Shown here: positions 1 through 8,700 of the stretch, piece by piece
How the letters are laid out: the number at the start of each line of letters is the position of its first letter
Position numbering within the stretch: the first letter of the stretch is position 1
Origin: an uncultured Gammaproteobacteria bacterium
Lineage (GTDB): Bacteria; Patescibacteriota; Microgenomatia; UBA12405
Assembly (NCBI GenBank): GCA_964502975.1
Contig: CAZCYK010000002.1
Coordinates: 1-28,594, forward strand
Direction of reading: 5' to 3'
DNA length: 28,594 nt
The notes under the pieces: generated by a model
What the model saw: the letters and a program-made list of their open reading frames with translations, nothing else
Database searches by the model: none
Told to the model about the DNA's origin: nothing
Translations under genes and position numbers: made by a program

Positions 1-2
1 CA

Positions 3-137
3 GCAAAAAAAACATACCAACCAAAAGCAAAAAAACACAGTCGAGTTCATGGATTTTTAAAAAGAATGGCAAGTGCTACTGGTAGAAACGTACTTAAAAG
101 AAGAAGAGCAATGGGAAGAAAGAAGATTAGCGCATAA
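3..137 (+). CDS. rpmH: 50S ribosomal protein L34, 5' end outside the window
   Basis: Not in the ORF track. Manual translation from nt 3 gives [44 protein letters not shown], matching the L34 pattern (KRTYQP...HGF..RM....G..VL.RRR..GR). It lies upstream of rnpA as usual. Confidence 0.96.
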   Translation, partial: AKKTYQPKAKKHSRVHGFLKRMASATGRNVLKRRRAMGRKKISA

Positions 138-138
138 A

Positions 139-180
139 TTAGCTTTTAGTAAATAGCGTTTAGCTTTTAGCATTTGATTT
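139..180 (+). repeat. Degenerate 7-bp tandem repeat just after the rpmH stop
   Basis: ttagctt ttagtaa atagcgt ttagctt ttagcat ttgattt. Confidence 0.7.
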
Positions 181-189
181 TAATTGAAC

Positions 190-287
190 AAACCCTTCTG
201 TCCCTCAGAAACTTCGGGACATCCTCCCTGCCCGAAAATGCTACGCATTATGTGTTGCAGGCGGGCCTTAAAAAAGGAGGAAGTCTT
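190..287. repeat. Two-hairpin palindromic element (family A) carrying a nested second palindromic element at ~228-266
   Basis: Removing ctgcccgaaaatgctacgcattatgtgttgcaggcgggc leaves aaacccttctgtccc..gggacatcctcc/cttaaaaaaggaggaagtctt, which aligns with 2369-2427. Confidence 0.8.
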
Positions 288-297
288 AATATAAGGT

Positions 298-303
298 TAT
301 AAT
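298..303 (+). promoter_or_regulatory. -10 box TATAAT 6 nt upstream of the rnpA GTG (leaderless-type)
   Basis: ggtTATAATtatattGTG; no SD motif. Confidence 0.65.
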
Positions 304-309
304 TATATT

Positions 310-720
310 GTGTTGAAAAAAATAAACAGAATTGGTCGGAAAAAAGAATTCTTGGAAATTAAAAATAAAGGAAAGATAATTAATAGTCCTTTGTTTGGAG
401 CATCTACTTTGGTAGATGAAACTGGAGAAATTAAATTTGGTTTTGTAATATCCAAAAAAATTTCAAAAAGAGCGGTTGATAGAAACAAAATTAAACGTAG
501 AATGTGTGAAGTTTTGGTAAAAAAATTAAATAAATTTAAACCTGGGACGAAAATTGTATTTTTGGCAAAAAAAAGTTTATTGGGGGTAAAGATTGGAGAG
601 ATTGAGGAAGAAATAGATAAAGTTTTTCAGTTTGTCAGATCATCAGCTTATCAGAAAAAACAAAACCCACCTCCGGATAAACCGGTATTCTCCCTTAAAG
701 AAGGGAGGAAGTCTAAATAA
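310..720 (+). CDS. rnpA: Ribonuclease P protein component with a repeat-derived C-terminal extension
   Basis: FGFVISKKISKRAVDRNKIKRR contains the RNR motif; canonical position after rpmH; the last ~19 codons come from a palindromic element. Confidence 0.95.
   Translation: MLKKINRIGRKKEFLEIKNKGKIINSPLFGASTLVDETGEIKFGFVISKKISKRAVDRNKIKRRMCEVLVKKLNKFKPGTKIVFLAKKSLLGVKIGEIEEEIDKVFQFVRSSAYQKKQNPPPDKPVFSLKEGRKSK
662..714. repeat. Family A palindromic element inside the rnpA 3' end
   Basis: aaaacccacctCCGGataaaCCGGtattCTCCCTTaaagAAGGGAGgaagtct: two hairpins, same layout as 2369-2427. Confidence 0.8.
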
Positions 721-923
721 TGAAAAAAGTGGTTTTAAGGATATTAATTTTTTATAAGAAACATATCTCTCGGGGGGAGAATTGTAGATTTATTCCAAAC
801 TGTTCGGAATATACTTATGAAGCGGTTAATAAATATGGAGCAATAAAAGGATTGTGGTTGGGATTAAAAAGGGTTTTAAGGTGTCGACCTGGTGGTGGAA
901 GTGGTATCAATCTGTTAAAATGA
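720..923 (+). CDS. yidD: Membrane protein insertion efficiency factor YidD
   Basis: CRFIPNCSEY...AVNKYGAIKGLWLGLKRVLRCRP motif; TAATG overlap with the rnpA stop; precedes yidC. Confidence 0.93.
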   Translation: MKKVVLRILIFYKKHISRGENCRFIPNCSEYTYEAVNKYGAIKGLWLGLKRVLRCRPGGGSGINLLK

Positions 924-960
924 AGTTCATAAAGTTTGTAAAGTTATAAAGTTATAAAGT
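923..960 (+). repeat. 8-9-bp tandem repeat starting at the yidD stop
   Basis: aagttcata aagtttgta aagttata aagttata aagt. Confidence 0.7.
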
Positions 961-965
961 AAAAA

Positions 966-1745
966 ATGAATTTATTTACTGCTCCATTTGTTAATGCTCT
1001 GTTTGGGCTTTATTATTTAGTCGGTAATTTTGGTGTAGCAGTGATTTTGGTAACCATAATTATTAAATTAATTTTATTTCCTTTGGTTTGGCCTAGTTTA
1101 AAGTCGGCCCAAAAAATTAGAGAAGTACAACCCAAATTAAATAAGCTAAAAGAAAAATATGGGAAAGATAAGCAAGCGATGGCCAAAGCCCAAATGGATT
1201 TGTATAAACAAGAAGGGATAAATCCATTGGCAGGTTGTTTACCCCAAATTTTGCAAATAGCAGTATTATTGTTGTTTTTCTCAGCGTTTAATATGGTAAC
1301 TGGTTTTTCAGGGAGAACCAAAGGAAGTGTGGAACAGATAAACGCTCAGCTTGTTCCCTCTTTTAGAATTGATGAAAGTTTTAAATTTAATTTGAATTTT
1401 TTTGGAAGTGATTTGTCAGCAACTCCATCAAAGCTGGTTAAAGAAGGAATAAATATTAATTTATTGTTACCGGCAATTTTGTTATTAGGATCGGGAGTAT
1501 TGCAGTTTTTTAGTGCAAAGTTGATGATGCCAAACCCGAAAGCTGATATGGAGGTTGTGAAAGCAACTAAAGACAAAGAGGACGATATGATGGCGACAAT
1601 GAGAACTCAATCGATGTATATGATGCCAGCTATGACAATTTTTATTGGATGGAATTTTTCGTTGGGAATGCTGTTGTATTGGTTTACAACGTCAGTGTTG
1701 ATGATTGGGCAACAAGTGTTGGTGAATAAAGTGAACAAGAAATAA
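966..1745 (+). CDS. yidC: YidC/Oxa1 membrane insertase, short form without a large periplasmic domain
   Basis: NFGVAVILVTIIIKLILFPL, QPKLNKLKEKY, LYKQEGINPLAGCLP and GMLLYW motifs; synteny. Confidence 0.95.
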   Translation: MNLFTAPFVNALFGLYYLVGNFGVAVILVTIIIKLILFPLVWPSLKSAQKIREVQPKLNKLKEKYGKDKQAMAKAQMDLYKQEGINPLAGCLPQILQIAVLLLFFSAFNMVTGFSGRTKGSVEQINAQLVPSFRIDESFKFNLNFFGSDLSATPSKLVKEGININLLLPAILLLGSGVLQFFSAKLMMPNPKADMEVVKATKDKEDDMMATMRTQSMYMMPAMTIFIGWNFSLGMLLYWFTTSVLMIGQQVLVNKVNKK

Positions 1746-1746
1746 A

Positions 1747-1781
1747 AAGTATTAAGTATCTAGTATTAAGTATCTAGTATA
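1747..1781 (+). repeat. 7-bp tandem repeat x5 with a 14-bp higher-order unit
   Basis: aagtatt aagtatc tagtatt aagtatc tagtata. Confidence 0.85.
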
Positions 1782-1823
1782 TAAAACATTTCAATTGAAA
1801 TTATGATTAAAATAAATATTTTA

Positions 1824-1832
1824 TGCTAAAAT
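1824..1832 (+). promoter_or_regulatory. Extended -10 (TGcTAAAAT) 7 nt upstream of the jag ATG
   Basis: taTGcTAAAATagcgactATG. Confidence 0.65.
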
Positions 1833-1839
1833 AGCGACT

Positions 1840-2310
1840 ATGGATAACAAAAAAAGAAATGAAAAAATACTAAAAATAACTTGTGATTTTTTGACTCAAA
1901 TAAATTTTGAGGTGGAAAAAGCTTTTGTGGAAGATGTTGAGGGCGAAGAAGATCAAGTGTTGGTGGGATTAGTAGTAACCAACCCAGCATCATTGATTGG
2001 ATTTAGAGGAAGAAATTTGGTTGCGGTTCAGTTAATTTTGGCTTTGATGGTAAGAAATCAGGTAGGAGAAAATATTCGAGTGCTTTTGGATGTAAACAAT
2101 TATCGTAATGAACAAAAAGAAAGACTAGAACAAACAGTAAGAGGTTTGGCTGAAAAATGTTTACTGGAACATAAAAACGTATCAATGGCGAGTATGAGTT
2201 CTTATGAAAGACGAATTTGTCATATGGTCATTGCTGGAATGGAGAAAGTGATAAGTGAATCTGAAGGTGAAGGTGAAGAAAGACATGTGGTGATAAAACC
2301 CAAAGAATAA
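1840..2310 (+). CDS. jag: Jag/KhpB/EloR-family RNA-binding protein (KH + R3H), lacking the Jag N-terminal domain
   Basis: KH GxxG loop LIGFRGRNL; R3H signature MSSYERRICH; SEGEGEERHVVI; follows yidC as in canonical synteny. Confidence 0.88.
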   Translation: MDNKKRNEKILKITCDFLTQINFEVEKAFVEDVEGEEDQVLVGLVVTNPASLIGFRGRNLVAVQLILALMVRNQVGENIRVLLDVNNYRNEQKERLEQTVRGLAEKCLLEHKNVSMASMSSYERRICHMVIAGMEKVISESEGEGEERHVVIKPKE

Positions 2311-2316
2311 TTACAG

Positions 2317-2351
2317 AAGTATTTAGTATTTAGTATTAAGTATTTAGTATA
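2317..2351 (+). repeat. 7-bp tandem repeat x5
   Basis: aagtatt tagtatt tagtatt aagtatt tagtata. Confidence 0.85.
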
Positions 2352-2368
2352 AAATTTGTTTTTTATAT

Positions 2369-2427
2369 AAAACCCCTCTGTCCCGATGAATCGGGACATC
2401 TCCCCTTAAAAAAGGGAGAAGTCTTAA
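2369..2427. repeat. Family A palindromic element, intergenic, apparently intact copy
   Basis: aaaacccctcTGTCCCGATgaATCGGGACAtCTCCCcttaaaaaaGGGAGaagtctt: perfect 9-bp hairpin followed by a CTCCC/GGGAG hairpin. Confidence 0.85.
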
Positions 2428-2443
2428 AACAATAAATAACTTG

Positions 2444-2452
2444 TGATAAGAT
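2444..2452 (+). promoter_or_regulatory. Extended -10 (TGaTAAGAT) 6 nt upstream of GTG 2459
   Basis: tgTGaTAAGATacggggGTG. Confidence 0.6.
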
Positions 2453-2458
2453 ACGGGG

Positions 2459-3754
2459 GTGAAGGGAGTAAGGGAAAAATTATCTAAAATACTGTTGTTT
2501 TTGTTGCTTTGTTTGATTCCGACTCAATTGGGAAAACATTTTTGGTTTGATTGGAGTATGGTGCTCGGGATAAGAATAGATTATTTGTCCCCCACTTTGT
2601 ATTTGGTGGACTTGGTGTGGATAGCCTTATTTATACTAGAAATTTCAATAACCAAATTTCAAGTATTCCAAATAAATGACAAAAAACAATTACCAATATT
2701 AAAAACATTATTAATTATTGTCTTTGTATTGATAAATATTTTGGTGGCGCAAAGTAGATGGATAGCGGTTTATAAGTGGTTGAGGGTTGGTCAATTGGTG
2801 TGGTTTGGATATTACGTTTATAAAAATAAAGATTTGGTGAAAAAGATGTTGATTAAAGTTTTGCCAATATGGATTGTGGTAGAGGGTTTGTTGGCTATTG
2901 GACAAATTGCCAAAGGTGGTAGTTTAAACGGATTTTGGTGGTGGCTTGGAGAAAGATCTTTTGATTTTAATACAATCGGAATTGCTCAAATGTCAGTGGC
3001 AAATAACGGAATAGTTAGGGCTTATGGGACTTTTTCTCATCCGAATAGTTTGGCGGGGTTTATGTTGATTAGCTTGATTTTGTGGGTTAGATTTAAATCC
3101 CTCTCGGCTACGCCGCTTCTCCCTTTGAGGAAAGGGAGACAGATTAATAATATTTATTGGTGGGGGGTGATGTGGCTTGGGATAATTGGAATTATTCTAA
3201 CTGGGAGTAGAACGATTTGGGTGTTGAGTTTACTCAGTATTGTTTGGTTGTTGTGGGGTAATTTTAGAAATATAAAAAATAAGGGAAAGATATTATTTTT
3301 GATAATTATTTTGTTTTTTACTATTTATAAAATGATTGATTTTAATTATCCATTCAGAAGTTTTTTGGGTGGCTGGGATGAAAATGGTTTACTAAAAAGA
3401 GGTCAACTAAACTTGGCTTCAATAGAAATGTTTGAGAAATCGCCACTTTTTGGGGTTGGGGCGGGAAATTTTTTGGTAAATTTGCCTGATTATCAAAAGA
3501 ATAATCAAATATTTTGGTTTCAGCCGGTTCATAATATTGGATTATTGTTATTGTCAGAAATTGGGATATTGGGTTTGTTAATTTTTGGTTTTAAGTCTCT
3601 GTTTTTTAAAACAATAAAAAATCTAATTAAAAACAATGACAAAATAATGTTGCTGATATTGGGGGTGATATTTTTGAGTGGAATGGTAGATCATTATTGG
3701 CTTACCCTACCTCAGAATATGTGGTTGTTGGCCTTAGTGTTGGGCTTAATTTAA
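2459..3754 (+). CDS. O-antigen ligase / Wzy_C-family polytopic membrane protein
   Basis: RAYGTFSHPNSLAGF, LTGSRT, SPLFGVGAGNF and QPVHNIGLLLLSEIGILG motifs; many hydrophobic segments. Confidence 0.85.
   Translation: MKGVREKLSKILLFLLLCLIPTQLGKHFWFDWSMVLGIRIDYLSPTLYLVDLVWIALFILEISITKFQVFQINDKKQLPILKTLLIIVFVLINILVAQSRWIAVYKWLRVGQLVWFGYYVYKNKDLVKKMLIKVLPIWIVVEGLLAIGQIAKGGSLNGFWWWLGERSFDFNTIGIAQMSVANNGIVRAYGTFSHPNSLAGFMLISLILWVRFKSLSATPLLPLRKGRQINNIYWWGVMWLGIIGIILTGSRTIWVLSLLSIVWLLWGNFRNIKNKGKILFLIIILFFTIYKMIDFNYPFRSFLGGWDENGLLKRGQLNLASIEMFEKSPLFGVGAGNFLVNLPDYQKNNQIFWFQPVHNIGLLLLSEIGILGLLIFGFKSLFFKTIKNLIKNNDKIMLLILGVIFLSGMVDHYWLTLPQNMWLLALVLGLI
3095..3140. repeat. Family A-like palindromic element in frame within the O-antigen ligase gene (encodes KSLSATPLLPLRKGR)
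   Basis: aaatccctctCGGCtacGCCGctTCTCCCTTtgaggaAAGGGAGAc. Confidence 0.75.
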
Positions 3755-3762
3755 AAAGTTTA

Positions 3763-3850
3763 AAAAATCTTTGTTACGAATTTTTCCACTGGAAAATGAA
3801 TCTGGTCGCCCAGGTTCAAACACGTTCCAAAATTGTAACTTCAGATTTTT
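3763..3850. repeat. Long imperfect hairpin element (copy D), homologous to 27635-27721
   Basis: aaaaatct-TT-gttac...gtaac-TTC-agattttt; inner stem gaatctgg/ccaggttc. Confidence 0.8.
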
Positions 3851-3882
3851 TATAAATATAAATTAAAATTATAATTTTAAGA

Positions 3883-3888
3883 TAGAAT
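3883..3888 (+). promoter_or_regulatory. -10 box TAGAAT 5 nt upstream of the flippase ATG
   Basis: gaTAGAATaagttATG. Confidence 0.55.
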
Positions 3889-3893
3889 AAGTT

Positions 3894-5108
3894 ATGTTAA
3901 AAAAGCCGATAATAAATACGTTGGTTCAGGTGGGCGGAAAAATTGTGACAATAATTTTGAGCTTGGTGACCACGGCTGTATTGACTAGAAAGTTGGGGCC
4001 AGAAGTTTATGGAAATTATCTTTTGATTACTTCGATATGGCTATTGTTTGATTCGGCAGTTGATTTTGGAAGTAAAGTAATTGGAGTGAAAGAGGCATCG
4101 GCCAAGGATAGTGATCAAAGAAATGAAATTTATATTCAGGTTGCTTGGTTTAGAGCTTTGACTTCCCTATTTCTTTTTTTGGTGGGATTAGTGGTAATTT
4201 TATTTTGGTCGGGGTTTGATGGTTTAGAAATAGAAGCCTTGGTGGCTTTGTTGATGATTGGGTTTACTGCTATTGCTGGGAGTCTAGAAATTATTTTTCA
4301 AACAGAAATGAGAATGGATTTGAAGGTGGCAGGTGATATTGTTTTCCCCTTAATTTTTATAATAATTTTATGGGTTGCTAGGGATAATGTAAATCTAGTT
4401 TGGATTTTTGGGGTTTATTTGTTGGCAAGAATATTGAGTTTGATTTTGAGTCTTAATTTGGCAAAAAAGATTGTTAAAAAAATAAGCTTTGTAAAACTTG
4501 ATAAGACTTTTTTGAAAAAATTTGTGAGAGAAACTTGGCCGATGGGTGTGTATATGATTTTGTTTTCTGGATATGATCGGGCGATTGATTCTATTTTGAT
4601 AAAGCAGATGATTGGGGTAAGAGAATTGGCCTATTATGGATTGGCGTACAAAATATATGGAAATTTGATACAACCAGCTTATTTTTTGATCAACAGTGTC
4701 TTCCCTCTAATGTCCGGTAAAACAGAAAACAAAAGAAAATTGTTTTGGCAAACAACCGGACTAATGCTTTTGGGGGCCTTGATAGTGGCACCAACGATTT
4801 ATTTTTTGGCACCGTGGATTATTTCCCTTTTGGCAGGAAGTGCTTATCTAGCATCGGTTGAGGTGTTAAGAATTTTATTAGTAGCGATGGTGTTTGCTTA
4901 TCTTGGTCACTTGGTTGGTTTTACCCTGATAGCCAAAGGAAAACAAAAATTAATATTGTTTATTGGAATAATATCTTTGATTGTTAATATTGGCGGAAAT
5001 TTATTGTTTATTCCTAAATTTGGAATTGTTGGGGCGGCTTGGGTGACGGTGGCGACGGAAGCGGTGGCGGGGTTGTTGATGATAGGTTTTTTAAGAAAAC
5101 AGTCTTGA
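3894..5108 (+). CDS. Wzx/RfbX-like polysaccharide flippase (MOP superfamily)
   Basis: NTLVQVGGKIV..ILSLVTTAVLTRKLGPEVYGNY, AIDSILIKQM..ELAYYGLAYKI and NLLFIPKFGIVGAAW motifs; about 12 hydrophobic segments. Confidence 0.88.
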   Translation: MLKKPIINTLVQVGGKIVTIILSLVTTAVLTRKLGPEVYGNYLLITSIWLLFDSAVDFGSKVIGVKEASAKDSDQRNEIYIQVAWFRALTSLFLFLVGLVVILFWSGFDGLEIEALVALLMIGFTAIAGSLEIIFQTEMRMDLKVAGDIVFPLIFIIILWVARDNVNLVWIFGVYLLARILSLILSLNLAKKIVKKISFVKLDKTFLKKFVRETWPMGVYMILFSGYDRAIDSILIKQMIGVRELAYYGLAYKIYGNLIQPAYFLINSVFPLMSGKTENKRKLFWQTTGLMLLGALIVAPTIYFLAPWIISLLAGSAYLASVEVLRILLVAMVFAYLGHLVGFTLIAKGKQKLILFIGIISLIVNIGGNLLFIPKFGIVGAAWVTVATEAVAGLLMIGFLRKQS

Positions 5109-5111
5109 CCT

Positions 5112-5274
5112 TTGACTTGATAATGATTTTTTCGGGCTTGCAACCATCGTAACAACCACTGGCGAGGCGTCGCGTAGTATATACCGATAAATCGGTATCG
5201 TGTCTTTAGACAAAATTTCTTCGTTTTTAACTTGAAATTTTAACAAAAGAAACGAAAAATATTATCTGCGTCAA
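5112..5274. repeat. Long composite hairpin element (copy A) with TTGAC...GTCAA ends
   Basis: TTGAC-TT-GATAAT...ATTATC-TGC-GTCAA; internal core gggcttgcaaccatcgtaa shared with 9600-9686; embedded perfect palindrome ataccgat-aa-atcggtat at 5181-5198. Confidence 0.8.
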
Positions 5275-5296
5275 ATTTTATTTCCAAATAATTTTT

Positions 5297-5385
5297 TATA
5301 TTTTCTCGTAACCGATTTTTTAAGAGTCGGCCAAATGTGCGTCGCACGTTGGATACTCTTAAAAAATGATTACTTCAAAAATATA
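5297..5385. repeat. Long hairpin element (copy F)
   Basis: 13-bp perfect stem attttttaagagt/actcttaaaaaat; apical atgtgc-gtc-gcacgt; basal tatattttc-TC-gtaa...ttac-TTC-aaaaatata. Confidence 0.75.
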
Positions 5386-5705
5386 TACATTATTGATATA
5401 TTCCCCTGTTGGTAATCAGTACTTATTTTGGTTGTAGAAATGAGCTTGGTAAGTACATTTTTTTAGATTTCAAATTCTCATGTCTCAAGTGTTAGATTAT
5501 AAATAATAACGGATTTATAAACCTAATATGTACAACTATTTATTTTGATCAAAACATTGGAACTGGTTTTTTTAGAAGAAAATTAGTACAGAAACATATT
5601 ATTATGTTATGACGTTTTTTCACGTTCCAACGAAACACTGTGATAGGGTTTAAGGTGGGTTTAGTGATTATTTACCGCAAATAAACCGAAAATATACCGC
5701 AGGGA

Positions 5706-5758
5706 TTAGTCTTTAGTAAGTAGCTTTTAGTATTTAGTAATACAAATTAGTATAAAAT
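5706..5758 (+). repeat. 7-bp tandem repeat running into a TAAAAT -10 box (5753-5758), 6 nt before ATG 5765
   Basis: ttagtct ttagtaa gtagctt ttagtat ttagtaa ... ttagtaTAAAATtaagttATG. Confidence 0.7.
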
Positions 5759-5764
5759 TAAGTT

Positions 5765-8700
5765 ATGAATCAGGGGTTACCATCGGCATTAATAATTGGA
5801 ATTGACCATTTTGTGGCTAAGAATTTGGCCCAAGAATTGGTAAATAAAGATATAAGGGTGGTGGGAGTGGGGGGGTATGTACCAGGTTTAAGTGATTTAA
5901 CAAATTTTGAGTGGGCAGGTGAGCTTGGAGAAGTAGAGGGTCATTTTAGTTATGTGTTTGATTTTTGTGGGGATAAAAAAGATTGGGAAAAAGTTGAAGC
6001 GGAAAAGTACGTTTTGGTGAGTGTTAACGATAAATCTAGATCAATGCTTTTAAATAATGAGGTAGAAAGTTGGTCGGTGGATTGGCGAATAGTGGAGACT
6101 GAGGGGGTCTATGGAGTAGGAATGGGGGAAGATAGTTTTTTGTCCCAAACAATACGCTTAGCGGTCCAAAACAAAAACTTGGAATTGCCTAGCCCAAAAA
6201 AAACTATCAGGCTATTGGCTATAGCTGATTTGACTGAAGCTATTTTAAGGGCTACTTTTTTGTCAGGGACTGAGAGGGAAAAATTTTTGGTTTTGGGAAA
6301 GGAAATTAATTTTGAAGAGTTGGCCAAAATTTTGATGGATAAGGCTAAAATGACTAGATTTAAGGTGATTGAGATAGAAAAAGTAATTGATCAGGGAGAT
6401 AGTGTTGAGGCTCAAAAATGTGAAAAAAAATTAAGATGGGAGGCAAAAATAAAATTTGAAGAAGGAGTGGAGGAAGCATTGCAATATTTCTTTTCTAAAA
6501 TGGATGAAGAAAATAGATTAAAAAAGAAAATGAAGGCATCAAGTGCTGATAAATATGCAATCTTGGCAGGTAAACAAAAGGAGGAGAAAAAAAACAAAAT
6601 GTACGATGTGGCAATTGAGGAGGAAAATTTTGATCAAATCAATCCTTTTATTAAAAAAAATAATACACTTTATGAAGAAGTAGAAGATGAGTTGGTTACC
6701 CCGACTGAGGAAGAAAAAGAAGAGATTTATATACCAAAACTGATTGACTACAGTACTCATTTGACGAAAAAAGAAGAAAAAATAGAAGAATCGGAAGTTA
6801 AGACAGTTGAAGTAGAAAAAGAGAAAAAGGAGGCGGAAGACAATGATTATATTGAGGAAGAAAGTGAAGATTTTTTTGAAATTCCCAAAATTAATTCCGA
6901 AGCTAAACCAAAAGAAGAAATAAAAGATAATAAAAAAAATCACAAACGAAAATTTAACTTAACTAAAATAAGCAGAAAATGGTGGGTATTTTTATTAATA
7001 ATAATAATTCTTTTTTTGGTTGAACCGATAAGGTGGGTGGTTGGTACAACTCAGTCGGTAAACAATATAAAACAAATACCAGAATTGGTAAAAACTAAAA
7101 AATATCTTCAGGCGGAAAAAATGGCTGATAAAAGTATCGAAAAATTAAATAGAATTGATGAAAAAATTAATGATTGGAGTTTGAATAAATTTAAAACATT
7201 TAGAAATTATCAAACTGGAATAAAAGTGGGGGGAGATGTGTTATTGCTAGAAAAAAGGGCGATAGAACTGGCGCGAATTGCTGACTTAATGAGCGAGGCG
7301 ATGTTTTTTGAAAAAACAATAAACTGGAGTGATGAATTAGAACAATTAGAAAATCAATTGATACAGGCTGAGGGTAATATTGGCGTGTTGCAGGCCAGGT
7401 TGAATGGAGATTATAGTTGGATACCAGCAAAATGGAAGATGGATGCTCAAAAACAGATGAAAATGGTCGAAGAGGTCAGGGGTCAATTGGAGGTAATGAG
7501 AAGGTTTGTAAAGGTGGTGCCGGAATTTTTGGGAATAGAGGGGAAGACAAAACAATATATGGTGTTGTTTCAAAACGAATCAGAATTGAGGCCGACAGGT
7601 GGATTTATTGGTAGTTATGGAATATTAAAATTTGAAAACGGTAGGTTACTGGGTTTGGATGTAAAAGATGTCTATGAAGCCGATGGTCAACTTAAGGGAC
7701 ATGTTGAACCACCTTGGGAAATTAAGACTGTTTTAAATGAAGCTAAGTGGTTTATGAGAGATGCTAATTGGCAGCCTGATTTTACAAAAACCAGTGCTGA
7801 TATCCAGTGGTTTTTGGAAAAAGAAACTGGCCAAAAGGTAGATGGGGTGATCGGGGTTGATTTGGCAGTGGCAAAATCGTTTTTGAAAGTTGTTGGAGAA
7901 ATATATGTGCCAGATTTTAAAGAAACAATTAATGAGGCTAATTTGTATGAGCAAGCAGAGTTTTACGCAGAGACAAAATTTTTTCCGGGCTCAGTACAAA
8001 AGGCAAGTTTTTTGGGGGCGGTGGGTAAACAACTGTTTGAAGGAATTAAGAGTTTAAATATAGAAAAAAAAGCTGCCCTAATGCAGTCAATGGTTGGATT
8101 ACTTGAACAAAATGAGATTCAGATTGCCCTAAATCATAAAGAAACGGCCCAAATTATTACGAACTTGGGCTGGGATGGCAAAATTTATAATGGGAAATGT
8201 GGGGTAGGTGATTGTATAACTGATTATTTGTTTGTAGTTGAGGCTAATTTAGGTGTTAATAAGGCAAATTATTTTTTGAACAGAAACATTGAACAAACAG
8301 TAAACATTGGTCCAAACCAGATAGAAAGAATTTTAAAAATTAACTACGAAAATACGGCAAAAAATAATAATTGGCCAGGTGGGGATTATAAGAATTATTT
8401 GAGGGTATACTTGCCAAAAGACGTGAGTCTGTCGCAAATTAAAGTGACGGATGCTGGTGATGTGTCTAATTTTAAAATATATAATAATAATGAGCTGAGA
8501 ATTAAAGAAGTTGATGGGAAAAAAGAGGTGGGATTTTTGGTGATTGTGCCGACTTTGAAAAAGCGGGTGGTAGAGATTAGCTATAGTAGTAAAATTGACC
8601 TAGTCGGTAAGACGAAATTTAATTATATTAGCTATATTCAAAGACAAAGTGGGAGTGGGGAGACAGGGTTAGTAAGCTTGATAACTTATCCTAGTGATTG

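Noticed and set aside
5109-5764. oriC or a pseudogene in the long intergenic region
   Set aside because: No TTATCCACA-type DnaA boxes; the frames I translated gave only short peptides with no recognisable similarity.
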